NCBI GenBank assembly: GCA_900128395.1
Contig: LT649289.1
Location: forward strand, 1-45,160
Length of the DNA stretch: 45,160 bases
Direction of reading: 5' to 3'
Source of the DNA: Stramenopiles sp. TOSAG23-2
Taxonomy: Eukaryota
The translations under genes were made by a program, and so were the position numbers. This document shows, piece after piece, positions 22,505 to 33,858 of the stretch. Under the pieces are notes generated by a model that saw only the letters and a program-made list of their open reading frames with translations, did not search any database and was not told the origin of the DNA. How positions within the stretch are numbered: the stretch's first letter is position 1; each line of letters opens with the position of its first letter.

Positions 22505-23119
22505 GTTTGTGCTAGAATATCGGTTAAAATAAGGTTAAACGCCAATAATAATAATAATAACAATAACAATATTGTTAATAGTCCTAATCGAAAAACAAAT
22601 GATGCATATTTGAAAATAACAATACAAAATTTAAAAGATGAATTAGATGCTACGTTACGGGATAAAATACGTGCAGAACAAGGTTTTAAACAGGCTATGA
22701 AATTATGTAATATTCGTAATAAAGAATTAAAGAAAATTAAACATTTAGTTGATGCAGTTGCAAAAGAATTGCCAGCTCATAACAACAATACTGGCAATAT
22801 GATGAATTTTAGGAACAATAATAACAATACGATGCAATATCATCACAATAATAATAATACTAATCATATGATACAATTTGATCATCATGCAAATCCTATT
22901 GCCAGCACTACTGCGATTACACCAACAAGGACACATCCTAGTAAGGAAACAACACCATCAATGCAACGACAAGGGGAGCCACGAAATGAAAGATTTAAAT
23001 CACCAAAAGAAGTAGAAAAACGCAATCAACGACAAAAAGTTGAACGACGAAATATGCAAATTTTAAGACGGCGTTCATTGATTGGTAGTGGAAAAGGAAA
23101 TCGTTTACCAAATTTATAA
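22505..23119 (+). CDS. Hypothetical coiled-coil / Asn-rich protein, 5' end unresolved
   Basis: Frame open from 22505 with no early ATG; heptad-like ITIQNLKDELDATLRDKIRAEQ. Probably a terminal exon or truncated gene. Confidence 0.5.
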   Translation, partial: VCARISVKIRLNANNNNNNNNNIVNSPNRKTNDAYLKITIQNLKDELDATLRDKIRAEQGFKQAMKLCNIRNKELKKIKHLVDAVAKELPAHNNNTGNMMNFRNNNNNTMQYHHNNNNTNHMIQFDHHANPIASTTAITPTRTHPSKETTPSMQRQGEPRNERFKSPKEVEKRNQRQKVERRNMQILRRRSLIGSGKGNRLPNL

Positions 23120-23491
23120 ATATCATATAAATTTACGTTCGTATATATATATATGAATTCGAAATCTACTATCCGTAGAACAAGTTGTATAGAGTATATA
23201 TAAAAATAACCTTTTTATGCCCTTCTAAAATTGTTTTTTTTTTTACATCTCCTATATATTAAACTAACATATGGTAGTCTACTAAGCACATCACCAGATA
23301 AAATTACAAAATGTATTTTTATTCTAATAATAAATATATATATATATATTTATGTGCATATCGAATGAGATGCAGTATCCATATATAGAAAAGAAGCTTA
23401 TATATAAAACAAAGTTTACATACATTTTTCTTCAAATAAAGACAAGTTATATACATATTAACGTCTAGTACAAAACAAACATAAGGAAAAT

Positions 23492-24637
23492 ATGAAACAA
23501 TCTACAATGAAATATTCTTTTAATATTTTTTTTTTAATATTATCGTTTTTTTTTATTTTAATTATTTTTACAAATGCAGGTGAAACAGCGAGTTTAAAGC
23601 TTTCCCCTGGATGGCCAAGTGACTTAAATAAGTTTGATGTTGGTAATTTCACTTCAACGGCTGTAGGATTTCCAAACGACTCGTTGAATGAAAAACTGGT
23701 ATTTATTGCACAGCGAAAGAAAAATGCATATAAAGATTGTATATTAGCTTTTGATCCAAATGAAGGAAAATTTATTAAATCATTTGGTAGTAGTGCTAAA
23801 ATCAGTTCCCCACACGGGACATATTTTGATAGTGCAAGAAACTCATTATGGGTTGCAGATATTGAGCGCCACACAGTTTTGCAAATGTTGGGTTCAAATG
23901 GTGATGTATTGAAAGAGTTTGGAACTAGCGGTGTAGCAGGGAAAGGCGTTCACCCAACATTGCAATTTGGCAGCGTAGCTGATGTAGCAGTGGATGACTT
24001 GGGAAATATCTACATTACAGATGGAGATGGTAAGTATATAAAAAAAGTTGATGTATTATCTATTTAAATGTACTGTATATAGATATCCCCACGACAATAA
24101 ATATCATCCTCCTCGCTAACACCATATTATCACTTCTTCATACGTGTGATACACAATCTATTCATAGGTGGTATTAATAATCGTTTTGTGAAACTGAATA
24201 AAACATATGGAGTTGAATGGGTAATGGATCATAATTTTGGCAGCCCACATTCAATTGCATGGGAACGTACTCGTAATTATATTTGGGTAGCTGACCGAAG
24301 TAACAATAGGACACAAACATTTGATGCAAAAACAGGTGAATGGATAATGGACTTTACATGTTTTCGGGATATTGATCCTAGTTCACCTGATCCAATTTCA
24401 CCATGGGGGATACGTATTGATGAAAAGAATCAAGAATTAATCATGGCTGCCAATACTATGAGCGGCACACATGGCCATTTATTACGTTTACCGTTAGATA
24501 AATGCGAAATTTTACAAGATATTAATATTTGTAGTTTATGCAAGCCTCATGAATTAAGTATTGATGAAGAAAATGGTAATGTTTTCTTAGCAAATATTGG
24601 AACTCCTAGCTCCCTAATGAAATTTGAGAGAGTTTGA
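23492..24637 (+). CDS. Secreted NHL-repeat protein, NHLRC3 / PAL-like; exons 23492-24029 and 24168-24637 (335 aa)
   Basis: Signal peptide; SPHG...LWVAD, FGTSG, QFGSVADVAVD...IYITDGD|GGINNRFVKL (matches the NHLRC3-type DGDGGxNNR motif), SPHSI...WVADRSNNR, KPHEL. Confidence 0.88.
24030..24167 (+). other. Spliceosomal intron (138 nt)
   Basis: GTAAGT donor, GCTAAC branch, CATAG acceptor; splicing restores DGDGG. Confidence 0.9.
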
Positions 24638-24899
24638 GAGAGTGTAAAAAAACAAGTGTATAGTCTACACGTATTACACACGTATTACACGCACGCATTA
24701 AGCATTAATTAAAATGTTTTTTTTTTATTTTTAATATTTTTATCTCTAGAGTGGAATTTTCAAAAGATTAAACCGTCCACAAAACTACAAAAAAACGTTT
24801 TGTGGGTGTGTCGGTATACGTGTCCTTTAATATATAAAAAGATAATTTAAATCATATTTCAAAATCAGTAATTTTAAATATCACACGTTCTATATTTAT

Positions 24900-26264
24900 T
24901 TAATATTCTTCCATATCTTCATCTTCACCTTCACCTTCTGCGGTTTCTACAGCTACTTCATGGTAATCTTTTTCCAAAGCTGCTAAATCTTCACGAGCCT
25001 CGGAGAATTCACCTTCTTCCATACCTTCACCAACATACCAATGTACAAATGCCCGTTTGGAGTACATCAAATCGAACTTATGGTCAAGACGTCCAGAAAT
25101 TTCACCAATAGCAGTTGTGTTGGAAATCATCAAAAGTGCACGTTGTACTTTTGCTAAATCACCACCTGGTACAACGGTTGGAGGCTGATTATTAATGGAA
25201 ACTTTGAATGCTGTTGGGCACCAGTCTACGAATTGGATGGTACGTTTGGATTTTACAGCAGCAATGGAACTGTTAACATCTTTTGGTACAACATCACCAC
25301 GGTACATCAAAACGCATGCCATGTATTTACCATGACGTGGGTCGCATTTAACCATCATTGTTGATGGTTCGAATACAGCACTAGTAATTTCACTCACGGA
25401 CAATTGTTCATGGTACGCTTTCTCTGCAGCGATGATTGGAGCATATGAACACAATGGGAAACTAATACGTGGGTATGGTACCAAGTTAGTTTGGAAAGCA
25501 GTCATATCAACATTAATTTGACCGTCGAAACGCAACGAAGCGGTGATACTTGAGATAATTTGGGAAACTAAACGATTCAAGTTGGTGTATGTTGGACGCT
25601 CGATATCTAATGCACGACGACAGATGTCATACAAAGCTTCATTATCAACCATGAAAGCAACATCGGAGTGTTCAAGCATACTATGGGATGTCAATACAGC
25701 ATTGTATGGTTCTACAACAGCTGTGGAGCATTGTGGGGATGGGTATACACTGAACAAAATTTTTGCTTTACGGCCATAATCTACAGATAAACGTTCCAAT
25801 AATAAGGAAGCGAAACCACCACCTGTACCACCACCGAAAGCATGGAAAACCATAAATCCCTGTAAACCGGTACATTGATCTGCGCCTTTACGTAATCTGT
25901 CTAATACAAGATCAACAACTTCTTTACCTACGGTGTAATGACCACGAGCATAGTTATTTGCTGCATCTTCTTTACCTGAGATCAATTGTTCTGGATGGAA
26001 AAGTGATCTGTATGTACCGGAGCGAACTTCATCGATAACAGTTGGTTCCAAATCAAGGAATACACAACGTGGTACATATTTACCTGCACCAGTTTCAGTG
26101 AAGAAAGTACCAAAACTATCATCGTCACTGTAGTTATCATCACCTCCAGATGATGGTTTTTGACCATTTGGCTGGATACCGTGTTCTAGACAGAAAAGTT
26201 CCCAACAAGCATTACCTAATTGACAACCAGCTTGACCTAAGTGGATTAAGATACATTCACGCAT
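24900..26264 (-). CDS. TUBA: Divergent alpha-tubulin (454 aa)
   Basis: MREC start, [60 protein letters not shown]-terminal EEY. Confidence 0.97.
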   Translation of the reverse strand: MRECILIHLGQAGCQLGNACWELFCLEHGIQPNGQKPSSGGDDNYSDDDSFGTFFTETGAGKYVPRCVFLDLEPTVIDEVRSGTYRSLFHPEQLISGKEDAANNYARGHYTVGKEVVDLVLDRLRKGADQCTGLQGFMVFHAFGGGTGGGFASLLLERLSVDYGRKAKILFSVYPSPQCSTAVVEPYNAVLTSHSMLEHSDVAFMVDNEALYDICRRALDIERPTYTNLNRLVSQIISSITASLRFDGQINVDMTAFQTNLVPYPRISFPLCSYAPIIAAEKAYHEQLSVSEITSAVFEPSTMMVKCDPRHGKYMACVLMYRGDVVPKDVNSSIAAVKSKRTIQFVDWCPTAFKVSINNQPPTVVPGGDLAKVQRALLMISNTTAIGEISGRLDHKFDLMYSKRAFVHWYVGEGMEEGEFSEAREDLAALEKDYHEVAVETAEGEGEDEDMEEY

Positions 26265-27515
26265 ATTTATATAGTTTTGTTTTTGTTTTGTGTTTTATTA
26301 ATTGTTATGGATTATTCACACGATTTTTTTTTCGTTTTTTTTTTTTTTTCGTTTCTTTATATATTTGTAAAGATACGTGGCAAAGGGAATCTGTGCGCAT
26401 CTGCGCATATATATATATTCTATGGGTTTGATGTGTCTTTCCCCATTGAATTTATGAGTATCCTGTCATAATTATTGGTGTATAACATTAAATTTAATAT
26501 CGTAATAATATAAAAAGTCTGTAAGTTAAATTACTAATATTTTGACAGGATACTCTAGACTTTCGATAGAAAACTTGCAAAGTCACTTGCATGTCCAACT
26601 TTACAACTTTACAAGAATATGCAGTACACAGCATAGTAAACGTACTCAAAATTTTTAAAATCGTATTTTTTTTTTTGAAATTTAACACTGTTTACTATTG
26701 GATTTAGAAACTTGACCGTTCAACTGAAAATTGTAGATAGTAATGCTATTTATATGGTAATTTTATTCGGTTTAGGCAGAACAACAAAAAACACTCAGTC
26801 AAAAAGTCTGCAACTTTACAATAGAAATAGCATGCAAAAATTCTGGCAGAAACTAAAACAAAAGCAATTTTCAATTTTGATGTTGATGGAAATTAAAAAG
26901 AAGAGCATAAAAAAAATTGCTGATTAAATTTAACGATTATATTTCGTCCCTATCATATCCCCTTTACACTACTACAGCATATACCCGTGGTGTGTATCCG
27001 AATCTTTCACATCTGTAGTGGTACATAGCATACTATGCAATACATAGTCATATTTCATGCTATTTTAAATTTTCAAAAGGCTGTAGTATTGCAATAATTA
27101 CAAGGTTCGCCAATGATTTTGCTTCCCAGTAGCGTTTCTTTTTATGATAGTAGGTTTAGTACGTCAATAGCTACTAATACTACTCTCAATGCTATGTCTA
27201 TGGTAGAACGAATTCACCAAAATACAAAAGAAATTTCAATTCAGGAAAAAAATGCGGATATTTTTCTTCCAAATTCGTACTTGGTATAGTCTAATTATTA
27301 GAATAAAAATAATAATTTTTTTATTTTTTTTGAATAATAGCAGCAATATATAACATTTTTATGGCTCTTTATACACACACATTTACATTATTTATATATC
27401 TTTACGACAAATGCAGATGTACAAGATGTAAGAAGATATACAATATTGATCTGTCAAAAGGAATAATGAGAATGACACATGATTTGCATATATTGTAGAC
27501 ATATATGTAATATAT

Positions 27516-27607
27516 AAAAGATGGAAACAAATATTGTTAACCCAATGCATGCAAAGCAACGATCCAAAAAACAAAAGATGGAAACAAATATTGTTAACCC
27601 AATGCAT
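27516..27607. repeat. 35-bp direct repeat (2 copies, 22-bp spacer)
   Basis: AAAAGATGGAAACAAATATTGTTAACCCAATGCAT at 27516-27550 and 27573-27607. Confidence 0.85.
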
Positions 27608-28533
27608 AAGCTGAAAAAATGGAAGAAGAAGGACAATTATATGAAGAAGATGGGAGTTGTTTAGTACGATTGTGCAGGTGTTGCTGCACTGACATATTAT
27701 CAGATGAGGAGGAGGAAAAGGGAAAAAAAGTAAATGTCAAAAATGAAAGAGGTGTGAAGAAGACGAAAATGTTAAAAAGTGTAAATAGCTGGATCACTTT
27801 GCCAATTGTTGAATCGAAGTAAAATACGTCGTAAAAATAAGAAAATGCTGCTGGAGATTTTGTTGACGCAATTTGATTATTGAGATGTTTGTGAAATTTT
27901 AAAGGCTCCCATGACAACTCCTACTTTGAAAAATACTATATTCCACTCCTTACCACATATATAAAGCTAAAGAGCATTGGCATTTGCACTTATAAACAAT
28001 ATATATCCTTATCAAGCAAAAGGTCTTTGGATATGTACTCGCTGTAACATATGTTATAATAGCTAAAATAGCTACCATTCTTCGTTCTTTTAAAAAATTA
28101 TCAACAATTATTTTAATTTACATTTTTAAAAATTTTTAGCATTGGAATAGCATTATAATATATAGTTGGCAAACTATGTTCCGAAATTTATCCAAATAAG
28201 ATACGAATAAGATAATATTTTGTATCATTTATGAAGGAATAATTTCGTTCGTCGTGCGTTCTTCCGCTTGATTTCGGTCAGAATCTCTAATAACGGCATC
28301 ATCATCATCATTTTTTTTTTATTATTTTTTTTTTTTATTTTTTATTTAAAAATTATTTGAAAAAACTAAAAATATACATATTGCATCACACATAGCTTCG
28401 AAAGGAAATACATTGTGTATGTATATAAAAGTATTGATTGGTTGTATTATTCCATTTTGTGTGTGTGTGTGTGTGTGCCCGTGTATATTTTTTTTCTTGA
28501 TTATTGTCGTTGAAGTTTCATACGTGGAAAAAG

Positions 28534-31506
28534 ATGCAATCTCATAAGCGAAGGCGTTGTGAGGACGATGGTGATTTTGGTTTTAATAGGCCACCATCGC
28601 GACAACGAAGTGAAAGTTTATTTCGACGTCAACAAGAATTGTTTAATGCGATGAACATGGATTTCAATGGCAATGACAAACAACAAGAAGAAGATCAAAA
28701 TTTTGATCTTGAATTACCATTTGATGTTCAAGGTAGCGATGTAAATAATGATGGTGATAACGCACCGTTTGATAATATTGTTTCGTATTTATCTTTTGAC
28801 AGTATTAACAATAATAATAATGATAATAATGTCAGTACCGGTCAAGATTTTGTAGATATCTGTCACATATTTTCGTCTGACGAGGATGATGAAGGTGGCA
28901 ATGATTATAGAAAAAAATGTAGCGACGAAGATAATGACGATGATAGCTGTAGTACGACAAGTAGTTCCGGTAATAGCGTTTCTACCTCAAGTAGTAGCAG
29001 TAGCAGTAGTATCACCCTTGCTAAAACAAATACAATGAAGATGAAAAAAGCAAAGTATTTAACTACTAATGTATTGCCCCCCAACAGCAACAATATTGAT
29101 AATGATAACAACCTTCTTTCAACCAATAAAAATGGCAGTAGTACTAAAAAATATGAACGTAGATTAGAGAAAAAAGTTGGGAGTAATTTATTGCCTTTGG
29201 AATATCAAAAATTTTATAAACGTGGATTTCGTATAACAATGCAAGTAGATTCTCCATTATCTGATCAATACGTTTGGAATCGAATGTTAGATGATTTACG
29301 TGTTATTGGTTTTTTAGAAGGACGCGGAACTGGTACTTTGCTTCAAGACTCTATTCCCAGCTCTACTAATACTATAGGAAAGGCAAGGCAAATTGATGAT
29401 AAGAACAAATATAACAACAAAGATAGTAGCAATAATAGCAATAGCTTGAAGACCAGTGAAAAAAACGAGTCGAATGCCCGGTCATGTTACCCATTGGTAT
29501 TTACAAAATACTGCTACGATTTTAAATTGTACAGATTGATTTTAAAGCATTTACCAATATTATTTGCGACACGTCTTTCTATCCTTCGTTTGTTGGCATT
29601 TTATGTCTTGCAGTCAAAAGAGGGAAGAAATGTTACATCAGTTGACTATGAATTGAACGATAATGATATGACAGAAATAATCGAACAAACAATACGTTTT
29701 TTCGAAGAAACTATTGTTAATACAGATGTGGAACAACGTTTAGGTATGACGACAGGGGATGATAATAGTCATGATGATATTAGCAATTTACACAATAATA
29801 GTAAGCAAAAAGATGCGAAGGGTCGCACAAGAACATCACCACAGAAAACGAAACGAATACGCTTGGATTTGACGCTATTAGGTACGAAATTGCTAAAAGT
29901 CAAAACATGGCAACCTACACTATCTACAAAATTTGTATTGCCTGTCATATCCACCTGTAAATCTCTTTGTGAAAGAGCAGCGGCAAAATTTAGCAGATTT
30001 TCAAAAACAAAGGATGAACTTTCATCAACAATTAATTTGCCACAGTCTAATGATACACATTGCCTTTTTAGCATATCACCGCGAACATTAAAAGGTTTTG
30101 CAGCTTTTAATCACAAAGAAAACATATCGCAACCATTGTCTCAATTTCCATGGGACAGCAATGTTGATAAGATGCCGAGTAAGCATACTATTACCAAAGT
30201 TAGACAAATCGTTCTGCATATGTTATGTGCAAACATCGAGTTGTGTGGCTTTTTTTGCATTGAACAATTATGGGGTACAGGTAGCATCTGTGATTATATT
30301 TGTAACAAAATCGAAGTATTTGTTAGCGAGATTCCTTCTAGCACAACAAGCAACAAACGAGTCAAAGTACTTTTACGAAGAGATAGCGTTGCACCTGAAA
30401 TACCATGCAGGATTGAAAAGACACGTGTGACTACATATCCATTGAAAAGTATATATGCAATACCCATTAATAGCATTAAATCAGAAAGTGATGACAAAGA
30501 TGTTATGATTGATAAAGAACAAAAGCCAAATATGGTTGTAATTGAAACCGTTTATAATCCTGTTACAAGTATAGAAAAAGAATTATTTATCTCGAAGGAA
30601 ACTATTAATGAAGAATTTGTAAGGCATGAATTTGTAAAAGGTATGAAATTATATGCATATTTTTTGTCATTCTCGATGGTAATCTTACTTTTTGGAATAA
30701 TCTGCTTACCGAACTGGCAAAATGTTTTTTTTGTCTGTGAATTTACTGTGGTAAAACTATATTTGTTCAACAAATTATGGTTGGAGAGAAAAATAGAAAG
30801 CTGTAAAAGTAAGTCAAACATCTTGTATTTAAGAAAGGTACAAAGTGTATGGGTACATGCAACAACGATTGCAGCTTGCGTTCTGATAATGTTTTTAGAT
30901 GATAATCCACATATACCATTAAATTCTGAACAGAAGAAAGTCACTGGAGACAAAGTGCTAGCCGGGGCATCAGTGATGGCTATATATACTACATACAATG
31001 CAACATATACAATGACTGAAGGTTTGACTACAGCAATAATGCTTATCTTCTTTATCTTGCGTCATTATGTTATTGATGAATTACATGACGGAAGTAACGT
31101 AGTGGGTAAACCTTTTGGTATTCCTGTTTCTTATAGTGGAACAGTATTTTTGTCTGGGATTATTGGAGCAGCTGTTGGTGATATTGCAGCAATGATTATA
31201 TTATCCATTAAACGAAAAGCTTATATTCAAATTGCATTGAATAAATTAAATGTAAAACCACTGGACATTGATCCGGATATGCATTTAAAGAAGAAGCAAA
31301 CCAAAGTTGATATTTTAACAAATTTAATAAACATATCAATCCTTATCTTCACGTTAATTCGAATAGTAAAGTATTATTTATTTCCAATGTATACCATAGA
31401 CGATCACGGACTTTTATTAGCGCCCAGTTTCACACCAAATCATATGGTAGTAGTTGGCTTTACTGCCATAGTTGGAATGATTGCCATCTACGTGTCGAGA
31501 AAATAA
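28534..31506 (+). CDS. Hypothetical protein (~990 aa): low-complexity N-terminus, multi-pass membrane C-terminus
   Basis: Long uninterrupted ORF; first ATG gives MQSHKRRR; roughly 7-8 hydrophobic segments in the last ~290 aa; no family recognised. Confidence 0.75.
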   Translation: MQSHKRRRCEDDGDFGFNRPPSRQRSESLFRRQQELFNAMNMDFNGNDKQQEEDQNFDLELPFDVQGSDVNNDGDNAPFDNIVSYLSFDSINNNNNDNNVSTGQDFVDICHIFSSDEDDEGGNDYRKKCSDEDNDDDSCSTTSSSGNSVSTSSSSSSSSITLAKTNTMKMKKAKYLTTNVLPPNSNNIDNDNNLLSTNKNGSSTKKYERRLEKKVGSNLLPLEYQKFYKRGFRITMQVDSPLSDQYVWNRMLDDLRVIGFLEGRGTGTLLQDSIPSSTNTIGKARQIDDKNKYNNKDSSNNSNSLKTSEKNESNARSCYPLVFTKYCYDFKLYRLILKHLPILFATRLSILRLLAFYVLQSKEGRNVTSVDYELNDNDMTEIIEQTIRFFEETIVNTDVEQRLGMTTGDDNSHDDISNLHNNSKQKDAKGRTRTSPQKTKRIRLDLTLLGTKLLKVKTWQPTLSTKFVLPVISTCKSLCERAAAKFSRFSKTKDELSSTINLPQSNDTHCLFSISPRTLKGFAAFNHKENISQPLSQFPWDSNVDKMPSKHTITKVRQIVLHMLCANIELCGFFCIEQLWGTGSICDYICNKIEVFVSEIPSSTTSNKRVKVLLRRDSVAPEIPCRIEKTRVTTYPLKSIYAIPINSIKSESDDKDVMIDKEQKPNMVVIETVYNPVTSIEKELFISKETINEEFVRHEFVKGMKLYAYFLSFSMVILLFGIICLPNWQNVFFVCEFTVVKLYLFNKLWLERKIESCKSKSNILYLRKVQSVWVHATTIAACVLIMFLDDNPHIPLNSEQKKVTGDKVLAGASVMAIYTTYNATYTMTEGLTTAIMLIFFILRHYVIDELHDGSNVVGKPFGIPVSYSGTVFLSGIIGAAVGDIAAMIILSIKRKAYIQIALNKLNVKPLDIDPDMHLKKKQTKVDILTNLINISILIFTLIRIVKYYLFPMYTIDDHGLLLAPSFTPNHMVVVGFTAIVGMIAIYVSRK

Positions 31507-31670
31507 AAGATAAACGAGATAGCGAGATTAATTGTTGCGTGTGTGGTTGTGTAATTTAGTGTGCGTGCTGTGTGTGATGTAAATAAAAAAAGCTACACAC
31601 GGAACCTTCTTTTAGTACGAAATACGTACGAGTATAATATTATAAATAATAGAAAATTTCTTAATAAAAT

Positions 31671-32777
31671 TTACAATTTACTTCCATCAACAACATAATC
31701 CATACCAAACTTATATTGTTTACCATCTCCGTGTTTCACAATTTTTTGGAGATATTTCAAGGGATCTTGATAATCTGCCATGCCAACTATACCAAATGCT
31801 TGATGATATCCCAATAAACGTTGTAATTGTTTTGGATACTCCAATATTCGTTGACGGGATATTTGTATGAATTGATTATGTTGTGTTTTTAAATAGCTAC
31901 GTAAAAAATTCAAATTAATAGTACGCCTTGATTGATCCGTAGTTGTATTCGAACCACCTGCATGAAACATGGATCCATCAAAAATAGCAACAGAACCTTG
32001 TTTCATTTCAATGTATTTTAACACACCTGGTTGTTTAATATCTGGGCGTATGCCTTCCATACCTGTCTGCGACTTTGGCACAATCCATGTGCCACCATTT
32101 TCTTTCGTAAAATCATCTAATGCGAACAATGTATTGCAAACCAATGGTTGATTTGGTCGTTTTGGCCTCCATTGTCCATCATCTTGATGCAAATCTTGTG
32201 GTGCAGAAAATGGTTCAGGATTGGACAATACGTGTGTATTCAATTGAAATTCAGGACTTAATACACCTGCAATAATCCCTAATATCATTGGTTCCATGAT
32301 AATATCATCCAATGCACGAGTTTTTGCCATTGCATTATGTATATGCGTCGTTACATCCCCTTTCGTCGTATCACGATTAAATCTACGCTGCATATTTTTT
32401 ACACCATCATTAAATAATCGGTCCATTTCTTGACGCAAGTACATTACTTTTTCATTTGATAAGAAATTTTCCAATATTGCATATCCATTTACGTGTATTT
32501 CTTCAACAATATTGCGTATTTTATCCATTTGTGCTTGAGTTAAATATGCATATGGATTCTGAACAAGCACACCAATTCTACCAATCGATTTTTGTCGTTT
32601 GCCATTATCATTATTGTTATTATTATCGATTTGTTGTTGTTGTTTAACGGCAGCATCCATTAATAAATTCATTGTACGTATACGTTTTTGATATTCCTCT
32701 TCACGATCACGTAAACGTGCTTCATAATTTAAACGCCGATATTCGTTTATATTATTATTATCGATTGATTGAGACAT
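31671..32777 (-). CDS. Phytanoyl-CoA dioxygenase (PhyH) family Fe(II)/2-oxoglutarate oxygenase
   Basis: NGYAILEN, QDLHQDD (HxD), ALDDFTKENGGTWIVPKS, FDGSMFHAGGSNTT...RR. Confidence 0.92.
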   Translation of the reverse strand: MSQSIDNNNINEYRRLNYEARLRDREEEYQKRIRTMNLLMDAAVKQQQQIDNNNNNDNGKRQKSIGRIGVLVQNPYAYLTQAQMDKIRNIVEEIHVNGYAILENFLSNEKVMYLRQEMDRLFNDGVKNMQRRFNRDTTKGDVTTHIHNAMAKTRALDDIIMEPMILGIIAGVLSPEFQLNTHVLSNPEPFSAPQDLHQDDGQWRPKRPNQPLVCNTLFALDDFTKENGGTWIVPKSQTGMEGIRPDIKQPGVLKYIEMKQGSVAIFDGSMFHAGGSNTTTDQSRRTINLNFLRSYLKTQHNQFIQISRQRILEYPKQLQRLLGYHQAFGIVGMADYQDPLKYLQKIVKHGDGKQYKFGMDYVVDGSKL

Positions 32778-32983
32778 GGACAGTGAAGAGTGGCGATTGT
32801 TTTTTTATTTTTTTGCTCTCTCTTTTTTAATTTCCCTTTCGTCCTGTTTGTTTCTTTTTGTTGAATGACGATTATGTTTTTCTTTCTATTTCTTTCCCTT
32901 TTTTGTTGTTGTTGTTTGTCTTTTACATAGCACCATAATATATATATTTTCGGCCGGTTTGTTTCAAAGAAGTTTTTTTATTA

Positions 32984-33670
32984 CAGATGTTTGCAACCAA
33001 CACCGGACAGTGAGAGAGAGAGAGACATGCAAGAAAAAAAAAAAAATACTAAAGCATATTAGCACATATGAATAGAATTAAAATACATGATTTTGACTAA
33101 AAAATTAAATCGGGTTTTAATCATTTCAGTAATTAATCTTTAAAATTCCAAATTACAACACCCAGAAAATAGCTTCGAATTTATAGTTGATTGTGTTGTA
33201 ACATGATAGTACATGAACTAACTTTGTAGACTCGGTCTGTATTGCCACAATATCCAAAAATAGGTCACAGGTCATTTCTACATTTCCGAATGATAGATTT
33301 CCATTTCTTAATGCAATACACTAACTTGGTATGTATAAAAATTATTAAAAATCATGTATTTTAATGCTATTTGATGCTAATATGCTTTTTTTTTTTTTTG
33401 TTGCATAGCTCTATATTCAGCAGCTTCTTTCTCTAACTGAGCTTGCTCAATTTTACGTTGTTTTTCTTCCTCAGTAGATTCTTTTTGTAAAAAACGTACA
33501 ATGTCATCTTGTTTCTTTTCGGCTTCTCCTAAATATTTGATTAACCCACTGTGCAAAAATAAAGCACGGTATCGATGGCCATTTTTATATATTTGATTCT
33601 AATATGTTTTTTTTTTTTTTGTTTTGGTGTGTCTCTCTCATCACTGTCCGGTGTTGATTGCAAACATCTG
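32984..33670. mobile_element. Non-autonomous TIR element (Tc1/mariner-like MITE), 687 bp, TA-flanked
   Basis: TA|CAGATGTTTGCAACCAACACCGGACAGTGA ... TCACTGTCCGGTGTTGATTGCAAACATCTG|TA (one mismatch in 30 bp); inverted similarity continues to about 110 bp. Confidence 0.85.
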
Positions 33671-33858
33671 TATAGTTTGTCCAACCCAAATGAATGAATA
33701 ATATATAGGAAAAAAAGCCATCATTTCTTCCGTGTGTTTTTGTTATAGGAAAAGAAGAGAAAAATGGAAAAACAAACTTATATAATACAACAAAGGAAAT
33801 ACAAACACATATTCATTATATTCAGTTTTGTATAAATATAAATACTACATGTAAGTAT

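Noticed and set aside
27594-28060. Possible gene relic (ORFs 27594-27917 and 27619-27822)
   Set aside because: No consistent frame or motif on either strand.
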